DNA of 63,805 bases, the filler included, from Choristocarpus tenellus KU-1152 (lineage: Eukaryota; Protista; Phaeophyceae), in assembly GCA_964200185.2 (NCBI GenBank). It is 10 parts of 10 records of this genome, joined end to end, with 100 filler letters (N's around TTAATTAATTAA, not from the genome) between each part and the next. Parts side by side here need not be neighbours in the genome. Positions count along the whole stretch, not along the records: positions 34,444 to 38,550 come from CAXNAD020016169.1; positions 38,651 to 41,783 come from CAXNAD020022089.1; positions 41,884 to 55,969 come from CAXNAD020001279.1; 7 more parts are not named here. The stretch is one strand, 5' to 3'. The translations under genes and the position numbers were made by a program. Shown piece after piece: positions 37,155 to 48,600 of this stretch. The notes under the pieces are model-generated. The model saw only the letters and a list, made by a program, of their open reading frames with translations, searched no databases and was not told the origin of the DNA. Position 1 is the stretch's first letter. Every line of letters starts with the position of its first letter.

Positions 37155-38659
37155 ACCACTGTGTGGCGTTGCCTGGGTTAGGTGAAGTGCCTGGACAAAG
37201 ACGTTCACGGGTACCTCAAGTACAGCATGTACATTTGGCCAGCAGAATTCTTCTCCAGTAACAGTTTGTTCCAAATGACGGAGGAGGCACAGGCTTTGTA
37301 CATCACGGGGGCCCTTGCCTATCTTGAATTGAACCCCAGCATCTACAAGTATACCCGGTAAGCAAACAAAGTACCCATCGAGACAGTGGCTCTGACTTCT
37401 GCATGGTGTGTATCAAGTTGTGCCTCTCCCAAAGGGTACGCTTGACGATTGGCACGCATGCAAATCCATTTCAGGTTTAGTGATCAAGGAGGAAACGATG
37501 TCAGAGTTGGCGAGTCCAACCTCCTGTGTGCTGGAACGAGTGAGCTGACTGCTGTTGGTCGTGCGTTCCTGAGGTTGTGTGCTTACCTGCAGCGTTGCAG
37601 TCACTCTTCCACAAGCAACATTGATGATGTGGATCTAACTGTTGCTGTGTTCATAGCAGTACCCCCAGGTGAGTACAATGGATTGATACCCAGTGCTTAT
37701 CAAGACTCGCTCTGTTCTTATACTCTGTTACAATTTAAGGGTTTCACACATCCTCATTTTACTGTGGGTAAGGGGTGGTGGATAGCTGGTGACTAAACTG
37801 GAAACTAACATCACATCTATCGACATGAATTTCTTCAGGGGGAGAAGTTACTTCAGTATGTATAGATCTGCTCAATATGGATCTTTAACCCTCCTCTTCT
37901 CATATATATATGTATGTTTGCATTTGCTTGCCATCGACACTGTTTCTCTCAGAGATGTCGACCCCAATGCTGATGTCACCACAGTAGTGGTGATTACAAA
38001 TGTGGGTGATTCAGAGTTCTACAGTGACATCACCAACATGATGTGTATGATGGCACTGTCGTGCCCTGTTTCAACTATGGCAATTCATGCATGGCACAGG
38101 TGTGTAGCGTTGTCCTGCACATCTGTTATCTCATTGAGAAGGTACCCTGTATTTTACTCACGTGTTTTAGTGTGCATTACCAACTTAAAAACACTTGCAT
38201 GCATTAGGTACTAGCTTCCAGGAAGTTTTGATTTTATGAAGAGTTGACTATAGAGCCAGGCTGAATCTTGGTGCCCGACCAATATCAGTCCACATTACAT
38301 CCCTAACAGGAAACCTTTGTTAGTGGGATGTTATTGCCATTTGACCAAGCTATACATTTGGCCTTTCTAGACCCCTTGAACAATCACACTATTGGCTGGT
38401 GTGAGGGAGAGGATATCTATAATACATGTTATTGATACCAGTCAAGAAATTGGTAGTAGTATGAGCTGCTAGGGCTAGGGCTAAGTTTGACTAAGACGTT
38501 CACAATAGTGCACCCATGCAACCTCTTTCAAACAACGAGAAAGAGAGGGGNNNNNNNNNNNNNNNNNNNNNNNNNNNNNNNNNNNNNNNNNNNNTTAATT
38601 AATTAANNNNNNNNNNNNNNNNNNNNNNNNNNNNNNNNNNNNNNNNNNNNACCCTACAC

Positions 38660-38836
38660 GACCCAAGGTATCTGGGGGGGGGGGGGTCTACATCGGGGTG
38701 TCCATTTGGACCATGACCAGGAAAAGTGCACCTGCAATATCCATCCGACGTATGCAACCAAATAACACAAAAATCGCAACATGAAAAAATAGTCCCCAAA
38801 TGGACAGCCACCCCCACCCCCCAGATACTTCGAGCT
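38660..38836 (+). mobile_element. MITE family B copy
   Basis: GACCCAAGGTATCTGGGG ... CCCAGATACTTCGAGCT. Confidence 0.85.
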
Positions 38837-40469
38837 ACCACTACATTATTGTATCACATTACCTTTGTCTGTATTTGTTCATAGTCCCATGAGGGGTATA
38901 GTCAGTCTATGACAATGCCCTCTTCCTATATTAGTGTGATTTTGTGCCCATGTTAGTTGTATTCGTAGATCTGAAAGAGGGAGGGTCCTTCTACGAGAGT
39001 ACCCTATTTCTTCATTAACGTAGTTTTGTCTCTGTACCTTTTTGTGTTAATTGCTCTGGAGGTGGGATAGTCTTTGTATAACCTTACCCTATTTCTTTTG
39101 TTTGTTTGATTTTTGTGTCTACGTTTACTTGTGTTCGTAGTTTTGAAAGGGGAGAGTCCTTTTATGTTGTTACCAATTTTGACTTGATTGTAAGATCTTG
39201 GTGTAGGAGGTTTTCTCTCGAGCGTTGAGTCAAATGTAGAGTGATTGCCATAATGTGCAAGAGTCAAGTTAAACATATCTGTCATCAGGGAAAACTTTGG
39301 AAGGAGCGTTTTCCTCCAGATTTCCTCCTCCGCTGGATCCCCAACGCTGCCTACTGAAAACTTAGGACCTGGAAGTGACATTGAGTCGAAGTAAACGAGA
39401 GGTACTCAGGTTTTGTCGTTTTGTATTTTAAGCTTGATTTTCAATCTTTTGCAATTCACCAGTAATTCTGGAATAATTTCTAGTTTGCCTGGAGATCATT
39501 TATTTCTCTATTGTTTGAAACTTTTCCAGCACAATCCAGAAAATATCCTATTCAGATTTGTATAAACAGCTGAGGGCCCAATGTATCCGAGGGGGTGCAC
39601 TCAACTACCGTATCCCCTCTTCCTTATCCACGGATTTACAGTTTCCATTTAACCTGTGGATATGAGTATTGAGGGTTAACTTGACGAGTGGTGTCGTTAC
39701 ATCATCTAGATACTCCATCTGCCAACGCATCTCTTGGTACATGTCATGCCATCAGAGCCAAACCAACTGAGAGGTAGGCAAAGTTGCATTTAACAATCCT
39801 GATATAGGGGGGAAAATGAAACCTTGTACAGTTGCAGAAAGAGTTTTTTCCTGAATTGTGGTGTGGCTTTGAGTGTGGAAGGGGGAAACATCAAATTTGC
39901 ATGCACTACTGTGCACATAAAGCAACGAAATATGGTGTACTGCACAGAGTAAGAAAGATGTATTAAAATGCAAAAGGTTCCGAACCTGCCTACCTCTCGA
40001 CTGGTTTATCTCATCAACGGTCAAACCCTTTTTTCTCAATTACCACATACTCCAACATCGGTCTTGGCTACCTTTTTCTTATATCCTGACGAGTCCTTCT
40101 TCGTTGATCCAACGACTGTACTCATTCTTAACACTTCTGACCCTCCCTTCTGCTAGTCTGTCCATCCAATCCTCCTTGTGGTGTAATCCAACGGTTACAC
40201 CAGGCACTGAAGGAAAAAGAACAGGCCAGGGCAGACCTCGTTCGACCTGTAAAAGGCAGTTTATCCATCACTAATCATACACTCTACTCTACGAAAACTA
40301 CATCTGCAGTAACCCCAGTCTCCAGTAGAATATCCATGGGTAATGGAGGTATCGTACGGTTTTAGTATCTCTTGGACCCGCTATCAGGTTCTACCACCCC
40401 AGACTATACCTCCTGCAAAAAATGCGTCTGAAAAATCCCGACGACATGCGTACTGACAGCATATCCAAA

Positions 40470-40646
40470 GACCCAAAGTATCTGGGAGGGGGAGGAGGTC
40501 TAAACCAGGGTGTCCATTTGGGCCAAAATCAAGAAAGGGCATGTACATTATCCATCCGACGTATGCAACCAAATCACCCAAGAATCGCGGCATGAAAAAT
40601 TGACCCCAAATGGACAGCCGCCACCCCCCTTCAGATACTTTGGGTC
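40470..40646 (+). mobile_element. MITE family B copy
   Basis: Perfect TIR GACCCAAAGTATCTG / CAGATACTTTGGGTC; flanking duplication AAA/AAA. Confidence 0.9.
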
Positions 40647-40723
40647 AAACCTTGGTGGCTCCATTAGAATCTTCTGGTATCTTGACGCTTCTTGCATCAC
40701 AAGCTACTTTTGCAGTCCATGTA

Positions 40724-41161
40724 GAGCCAAAGTATCTTAGAGGGTAGAGTCGCGTCCATTGGGAACAAAAATCCAATGTTGCGATTTCAAGGTAATTTTG
40801 GCTATCGTGTTTGCTAGGAAGAGTCGATATCCTTGTTCCCGACACACCTTTTAACCCAAAGTATCTGCGGGGGGGGGGGAGTCTACATCAGGGTGTCCAT
40901 TTGGGTCAAAATCTGGAAAAGTGCATTTACATTATCCATCCAATGTATGCAACCAAATCACCCAAAAACTGCGACATGAAAAATTTGACCCCAAATGGAC
41001 TGCCGTCACCCCCCCCAGATACTTTGAGCCTTTCATAACGTATACATTTTACCTACTCTGAAATATTTTTGAGTAGGAAAATGTCATAAAACCCTCAAGG
41101 GAAGCCAAGCCTCAAATGGACAAACAGGGCAAAACTCGTACCCTCTAAGATACTTTCACTC
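40724..41161 (-). mobile_element. MITE family A copy containing a nested family B copy (40853-41030)
   Basis: Family A sequence resumes colinearly after the B insert; TTT on both sides of the insert. Confidence 0.9.
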
Positions 41162-41919
41162 ATACTCTAAATGACATGAGGTAGATTTTCTGTACAAGGC
41201 ACTTGAGGGGGGTGGGTGGTTTTGCAAGTAATATCAAAAATCTTACTTTGGACCCCCACTATCGTTCTTCCATATGGGGTCATGGATTTTTGTCTCCTTG
41301 GAGAGTTCTTGAACACCACCTTCCAGTCACCGCCTTCGTCCTGGCAGGCTGTGTGCCATACTGTTGGAGGAGGCCAGTGTCCTATACGCTGTAGTACGTC
41401 CTCTACCACCTTCTACACTTGCACCCCTACCTACTGATAATCGCACTGCTGTGATTCCAATACTCCAAAAAATCCCCTCCCCCCCCACAAACATATATAT
41501 TTTTTGTACTCCCTATTGGATCCCAAGCCTCATAATGTCTATCTGTGAGTACTATCCGAATCTATCCCAATCCGACAGGTTAGCACTCCATTTTGTCCCA
41601 AATCATGCTACAACTTCCTGCATACCTTCTCCCCCCTCCCCGTTTTCTTTTTGGTGAGATCTCCCGTAGTCGTATTAGTTATACCTTTCCCAACTCTAAA
41701 CGGGTGATCTGACACGCCATAGATTCTGGTTGAGGTCAGCTAGGTCAGCTAGGTCAGATTTACGACCCAAAGTATCTGGGGGGNNNNNNNNNNNNNNNNN
41801 NNNNNNNNNNNNNNNNNNNNNNNNNNNTTAATTAATTAANNNNNNNNNNNNNNNNNNNNNNNNNNNNNNNNNNNNNNNNNNNNTGTTTTATGGAGGTGGA
41901 TGGTTTGGGGGGAGCTGAA

Positions 41920-41950
<31 letters not shown>

Positions 41951-43101
41951 GGGGGACATCATGAACTGAGCTACAGCATGACATTCTTCTGGTCAAGCTC
42001 TTGAGCAAATGGGGACTTGATCAATCTGACGGGTGGTGAATCTCAATAATATACATGAACAAATGTTTAAAGGACTCAGAAGTGATTTCCAATTGAAATG
42101 CTTACAAACACACACACACATACACACTCACGTAACAAAATTGCAATTCTTAAAATCACACTTCACACTAAACTAAAAAGCAGAGCTGATAAGCGGATAG
42201 TATCTCATTGCACCTGGGAGGTAATTCTCTCCATGTGGAATAGCAATTTCTTCCACAGGTTTTTCAACTTTTTAAAATATTTTTTAATGCCCTCTTGCCA
42301 CTAACAAAAGGTCGCATCATAACACCATGCCAAAGAGTTGTGTGCTGATATATATATATATATATATATAATCGACTGCAACAACAGAGCTTTGCCTTCA
42401 GAAAAAAAAAATCAGATGGAGATTGTTGCTGATCAGCTTTGCAAGAGTAAAAATAATGAAAAAACAAAACAAAGATGAGGAATGTGCATGTTAGCTACTC
42501 TTATACTAAAGAAATGTTGAACTCAGACTGGCACTACCCCTTGTGTCAAAAATATGAGCGGGTGTGCTCGATCACCACCGAGACACCAGAGGAGAGGGTC
42601 TCAAATTAAGTATCTGAGAGAAAAATTGTAAGACGAAAATCAATTTTCTTGGCATTATTATTGTGAGATTGCAGCGATTCAGCATCAGGACCTCAAAGCA
42701 TTACTGAGGAATCATGTGAGGAATTGGTGTGAGTTGTAGGTTCAGGGTGTGTGCGTGTCAATATCTATTTTCCAGATAGAAAAATCGACAATGTCATCTT
42801 GTCAAAGTTACCCATCGGTAGACACTTCATAGGAAGAATTTTTTTATTATGGTATCACCTAAAAATATAGCATCAGGAGAAGTAGCAAGCACAGACAACA
42901 TATCACTTGCAAGACACAAAAAACATCCATGCACATGGTACCAGTCTAAACCATCGTGGCATAGTAAAAACAGGGCAGAAATTCGGTCAACATATCGCCA
43001 AGAGACACCAAGAACTACATAACTACATATACACCACCTCATTCTCTCACACCATATTTTCTATCGTTCCCTTCACCACCCCACAACACAACCTGGCCTA
43101 C

Positions 43102-44447
43102 CTCCTCTTTTGCTGTGGCTCCTCCCCATTCATGCTTTCCCCCCTCTCCCCGGCTACCACCACCACCCTTGGAAATCCCTTGCTTCATGATGGCGCCTAT
43201 GCTCGCAGCAGCACTCATGCCAGCACCACCGTGGTTACTCCCTTTTGAGGTTGATGGTGGGTGGCCATAAGAATGGGACAGGGCTGGTCCAGTAGCTGCA
43301 CCTGCATCGACGGACTGGTGGGGGTGCTGGCCAGGTGGGGGACCACCTTGATCGAATCGACTGGTGACTCTCTTCTTCAGCTCTGTGGGAGCACCACCAT
43401 TGCCCACCCCCTGTGGTTCAGTACCCTCCCAAGCTGCAGCTCTGACCTCCTGTTCTTGTGTCTTTGGTGCAGATGCCGATGATGCTTTTGTCTCTTGCTG
43501 AGAGTCCCCTTCCCCTGACACCCTCCCCTGCCCTCCTCTGCTTTGCCCCTTGGCTTTGCTACCACTGCGTTTAGACCGGCTGTATCTACTACTGTGGCGT
43601 CTACCACTGTGACTGCGGCTTCGACTAACACTCCGGCTGCGGCTATATCCAGATCTGGACCTCCTGAGAATTGGAGAATGCCGCTCAGCCCTCTCCCCAT
43701 GTACCTGATGCTCTCGGTTGGGGGATGGAGACTTCCGACGACGATTGGAAGCATGGCGGTCATCACCTTCACGGCTGGGACTGTTTCTTCTCCTGCGGCT
43801 GTTGTTCCTGCTGCCGTGGCTGAGGCTCCGGTGCCTGTGGTGACGTCTGTTGATATCCCTGGACTCAGCATTCCCCTCTCTGTGGTAATCCCTACTCCTC
43901 GGTTTCTCCTCTTTTTTGTTGCGCTTGCTATTATCCCTGCTCATACTGCCATCGTCCCTGCGACGACGCTTCTCAATATCTGCAGCCCTCTCTTCTCCCA
44001 AGTCACGCCTTTGCTCCCTTCCCCTCCCTTGCCTCCACCTGTCTATCCCGTCATCGTAGTCCTCACCCTCTCTACCTCGTCGGTGATCATCATTGACCCT
44101 GGTCTTTACCTTGTCGGAGTCGGTGTTCTTTCTCCTCCCTTTCTCCCTGTCCCCATCCCTATCCCTGCGTCCTTTCTCCAGTCCGACATCTGCCCGGTAC
44201 AAATTTCTATCATCGCCAGTACTTCTTGATGAGGGCAAATCCTTGCCATATCTTCGGGAGTCGTGATCATCGGTCCTCTGCCTGCTGTTCCCGTTCTTCT
44301 CATAAACCATGGCATTATCCTCGACTTTTCTGTTTTGGAATTCTGATTTAACTTCTTTCCTGTGCCTGGTGCCATTGCCCCCACTTTGCTTCGCAGCGTG
44401 GCCACTGCCTTCCTTGCTGATATTTCTATTCCTGGCGCTGATGCTAG

Positions 44448-44481
<34 letters not shown>

Positions 44482-44964
44482 ACTGCTGCTGCTGCCACTG
44501 CTGCTGCTGCTGCTAGAGTGGCTAGATCTTGCAGAACCACTGCTTACACTGCTGCTATCACTGATTCACACAATGGCGGGGCACGAGTGTAGACATGACG
44601 TGGTTGTGAACGTGCGAACGTGGAGAGGGAATCGCAATGGGACCCTCTTAAAGTATCCAATAGTTGCAGCAGCAGTACATACTGTAGATTGTACGGATTC
44701 GAATATGGACTTAATGTCTCGGTGAAGTGCGACAAGAAAACTACTGGGACTGAACAAATAATCCTGGGTACAAGGGTACAAGCCGTTGAGACGATCATAC
44801 CTGCTACTGTCGCTGAGATTGCTGTCGCTACCTCCTTCATTGTTACCCCGTCCACTATCACTGCTTCCACTGCTACTTCTTCCACTGCTATTTCTGCTAC
44901 TATTACTACTGCTCCGCCTGCTGCTGGTCTCCCGTTCTCGTTTTCTTTCCCTTGAGTTGGGCAT
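43102..44964 (-). CDS. Ser/Arg/Asp-rich (RS-domain-like) protein, 5' part
   Basis: Exon 44801-44964 (AG|GTATGA) splices in phase to 43102-44560 (cag|T ... GAG|GTAGGC); poly-Ser, RD/RE and RSRS tracts over more than 500 codons; downstream exons not identified. Confidence 0.75.
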
Positions 44965-45600
44965 GGTGTGGTATAACGACGACTTTAGGTTTCTTTAAGA
45001 AGCAATCGGCCCCAAAGGCCCTAGACTAATGCAAGGACGAAGCTTTCCTGTAACCGTAGTCCCACAACACAAATCCTATCCTTCAACACTTGTCTCGTTA
45101 GGAGGCATTTACGAGCAAAGGACGAAATGTCAGGATTTGTCCCTAACCAACTACCACCCCCCATCCCATAAAACAGAAATGAGGATTCGGTACCGTATCA
45201 ACTTTGACGTCAATTTGTAGATAATTTTTAATTCGTATCTCTTCAATTGAGATATATATAGTAATAATATAAACACATTACTCCAGACATCTACAACAGA
45301 GATGGTGATATGATCACATTGAAGTATTCCAACAGCCCACAGTTCTTAGAGTACTCCAATACACGACACAGAACCTCTACAACAGAGATAGTGATATGAT
45401 CACATTGAAGTAATCCAACAGCCCACAGTCTTAGAGTACTCCAATACACGACACAGAACCTAATCGTGCACAGAAAACCCCCTCCATCAACGGACTTAAC
45501 TCCTTAAGTCACCTGAATTAAAGGGTAGAGACGCGTCCATTTGGGGGCCAAAACCCACGGTCGCGACACCTGAAGATTCAGTCAGAGTGCGGTTTGTTTC
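44965..45600. promoter_or_regulatory. putative bidirectional promoter region
   Basis: 636 bp between divergent ATGs at 44964 (-) and 45601 (+). Confidence 0.5.
45290..45461. repeat. 86-bp tandem duplication
   Basis: TCTACAACAGAGAT...ACACGACACAGAACC at 45290 and 45376. Confidence 0.9.
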
Positions 45601-48600
45601 ATGTCTTCATACCTGCCTGAGGTCTTCCATACCATTTCTCCAGGTGCCTTTGGTGGATCAGCCTCTAACCCACTTCCCGGCTCAATGCCTGAGAGGAGAG
45701 AAGAGGATGAAGAGAGGAAGAGTGGGGGAGATGATTGGACCCTCGTCCTCGATGATGATTTCCAGCAAATATCGAAGGTGAAATTTCTGGTTTTAAATTC
45801 CACCTAACCCCACTAGAGATTTGTAGGTGAAGAATGAAGTTCAACTTCATCCATATTATCCCTCCCCAACCAATGATGGTAAGAATGCGAGGTCTGAAGG
45901 CTAGCTCACGTGAGCTTCCCACATAACCCGTGACTAAACTACGTTATGACATATATGGATGTGAGGATCATCGATCCATAAATTATTGAAATGGGCGCCA
46001 CCCTGTCCAGCGTCCTAAACAAGGGTAGTCAAATTAAGCTTTTGGTACCACTCCCAAACCGCCAAGGATTAGATCATTTTTATTTTATAGGCGATCGCAT
46101 GAACGAACCTGTGACAAGTTCTCGGATACCATCCTGAGACCGTTTTTGTTTGGCATGTGGAACGTTTACTAAGAATTATGTCCAACGTTTAACGTCTGCG
46201 AATGAATCCCTAGCTCATTCAGGATGGCGTTTTGAGCGGCATCAGCATCCCCCGTCTGGAATCAAGTGGAGCTGGAAGTGAAGCCTCTCATTTCACATTT
46301 CCTGGCAGCCCACCATCTGGTCAGAGGACCCAAGAAGAGGTAACTTCAGAATCACTCACAGAAGCTTTAGTGGACCCTGCGACAAAGTCATCGTACGATG
46401 AGGGCGGTAATGAGGTGAGGAGAAATTACCCTTCTCTTGGTGAGCTATAACAGTAACAAAAAGAGAAGAGGCAGCGCAAGTTTGTTCGTTTGGAAAGGTT
46501 GCGTCCTTTCCAGCTGACCTCTGTAAAAAGACCTTGCTTTTACCAAATGAAGGGTATACAGGATACTCATTATGCTGAAGTGCAATTCTGAGCATATGTT
46601 TTCGTGGTCAGTAAACAGAGAGTTGGATTTAGTCACCATTCACGACTTGACAAGAGCCTGGATGGAGTCCCAGGGACCACACATACACATTGTATGAGGC
46701 ACAATATTTTGATGGTGACTGTGTTAACGGAAAGAAGGTTGGCAGAGGAGATTGCACGGTAGATAACACCACATGTTTGTGGTGCACTGTTTTCCCCTGA
46801 TATACCTTCCACACTATTTGTTTCAGTGTCATTGCCAACAAGTGGTGACCTCTCCGCTGTATGGCAATCTATTAACAGGTCATTCCCAGTCACCTTGCTC
46901 CACAACATTATTCCCCCACCCCACCCCCATTCCCTTTCTACTCCAGAGGATGCAAAGAGTGCAGGAAGCCTCTCATTCACCTGAAAAATCATTGTCCATT
47001 GTGGCAGCGAAGGAAGGATTTCAAGACTGGCCCGGTGAAATGAGACATACAGGTGCTGAGGGTTCAGGAAGGGGTGAGGATAATGAAGGTGGAATGATGC
47101 GCTTCTCTCTTGAGGAGGTCCCGTGTGTGCCTTCTGAGGAGGCATCCATGGCCAGTAGCCCTCACTCACTAAGGTAACTGGAAGTACTTTAGGGTGGTTG
47201 CACCTGTAGATGATCTCATGTGCTGTATTTTTTTTGGATGTTTCCTTCTCAGGGATAGTCCTTTGAATGTGGTAAAGGTAGACATCTCGCATTGATCTCG
47301 ACCCCTACATATATGTGGGTGGTAACGTTTGCTTGCTTGCTTGCTTGCTTGCTTGCTTCATATACCTCATGTTTACCAACAGTATGTTGCATGTCTCTCT
47401 CCTTAACATGGTTCCTACAGTATATCACAAAAGTGCATGGACGAGTTTTCCCTTGTACACTGTGAAACTGATGCATTGCACTCCCTTGCTTTCAGTACAA
47501 TGTCCTCGACTCGCGTACATTTATTTATTCATTTATTTTGTCGTGCGCACTCTTCGCTTTTTTTTATTTTGTAGCTTCTCATTTTTCACTGGAGGTGGCG
47601 ATCAGGGGAATTCAGCTCTTGTTGCCGGCAATGGCACTGGTCGACGCATTTTTCCCCAAGAGATGTACGTTTTTTTCTTGGGGGGGGTGAAGTAAAGCAT
47701 GTCGGTACTGGGAATGTTGGGTTCAGGCCATAATAGGTCTAGAATTTGCAGGGTTTGTAAAACCCCGAGATGAAGGTTCAACTGTGCAGAAATATTGCAC
47801 ACAATGAAACCATTTTTTTTGTTATTGCCTCCCCTTGTCTAGCTTGATAGTCATTCGTTGCATAAGCAGTTTTGATTGGTCTGGATGAAAAGACTTGGGT
47901 GTAGAAGATCATTCTTGAAATCAAAACTAGTGTACTACTGCATTAGAGGGAGATCAGATGTCCCTCCTACTCTTTACACTCAGCCTGTCATGTCCGCTAT
48001 TCAGTTTGCTCTCCCCCCTCACCTTGCCCTACACTCTCTCCCCGACATCACAGCTCCAGACCTGAAGTGGGAGAAACCGATCTCCACACCCATCCCTCCA
48101 ATAGTGCCATTGGTAGTGTGTCCTCTGAGTGTATTCAGACTCCATACAAAGAGTCTAGGGAAATAGATGAGGATCTGACAACAGCCATAGGAGGGAGCCC
48201 CTGTTCCATAGCCACTGAGGGTCATGAGAGCACCCAGTCGAATATCATGGACAGTCAAAGGAATATGGGGGTCACGGGTACTTCTGTCCCCGAGGGGCCT
48301 GTGGTCGACCCTGGGGGTTGCGCTCTGGATGTGGAAGAGACTTGTTGTGCCAGCGTTACTAGTGTTGTTAGTGCTTCTGATGATCGTAAGACCGCAAGCA
48401 CTGCAAGTAGAGATGTTACAAATGTCCAATGTAGTACTGATTGTGGCGATGTGCTTGGCTCCACCAACAGACAAGACCCTAATGGGCGAAAAAAGGTGGG
48501 AGAAGGGGAAAGAGAGACAGTTGGGGCCATGTCTGAGTTGAAGTCTCTCAGATGCCGTATGGCTACCTTGGAGGAGCAGGTGACATTTTGGCAAGAGAGG

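Larger units (their letters stand above)
35419..38099 (+). pseudogene. glycoside hydrolase family 128 (beta-1,3-glucanase) pseudogene, possibly with a WSC-like exon
   Basis: Exons 35419-35614 (YNW...LLFGFNEP, in-frame TAG at 35495), 36053-36175 (SNLSP..W..VMSPAINFC), 36484-36582 (VWPD..EC..GGCG..AIHSHAC), 37182-37357 (KYSMYIWPAEF..ALAYLELNPSIYKY), 37475-37668 (NLL..ELTAVGRAF), about 37953-38099. Two donors read AT instead of GT. Confidence 0.8.

Noticed and set aside
43377-44998. Overlapping poly-Ala, poly-Leu and Val/Thr-rich ORFs
   Set aside because: Shadow frames of the Ser/Arg-rich gene caused by triplet repeats.
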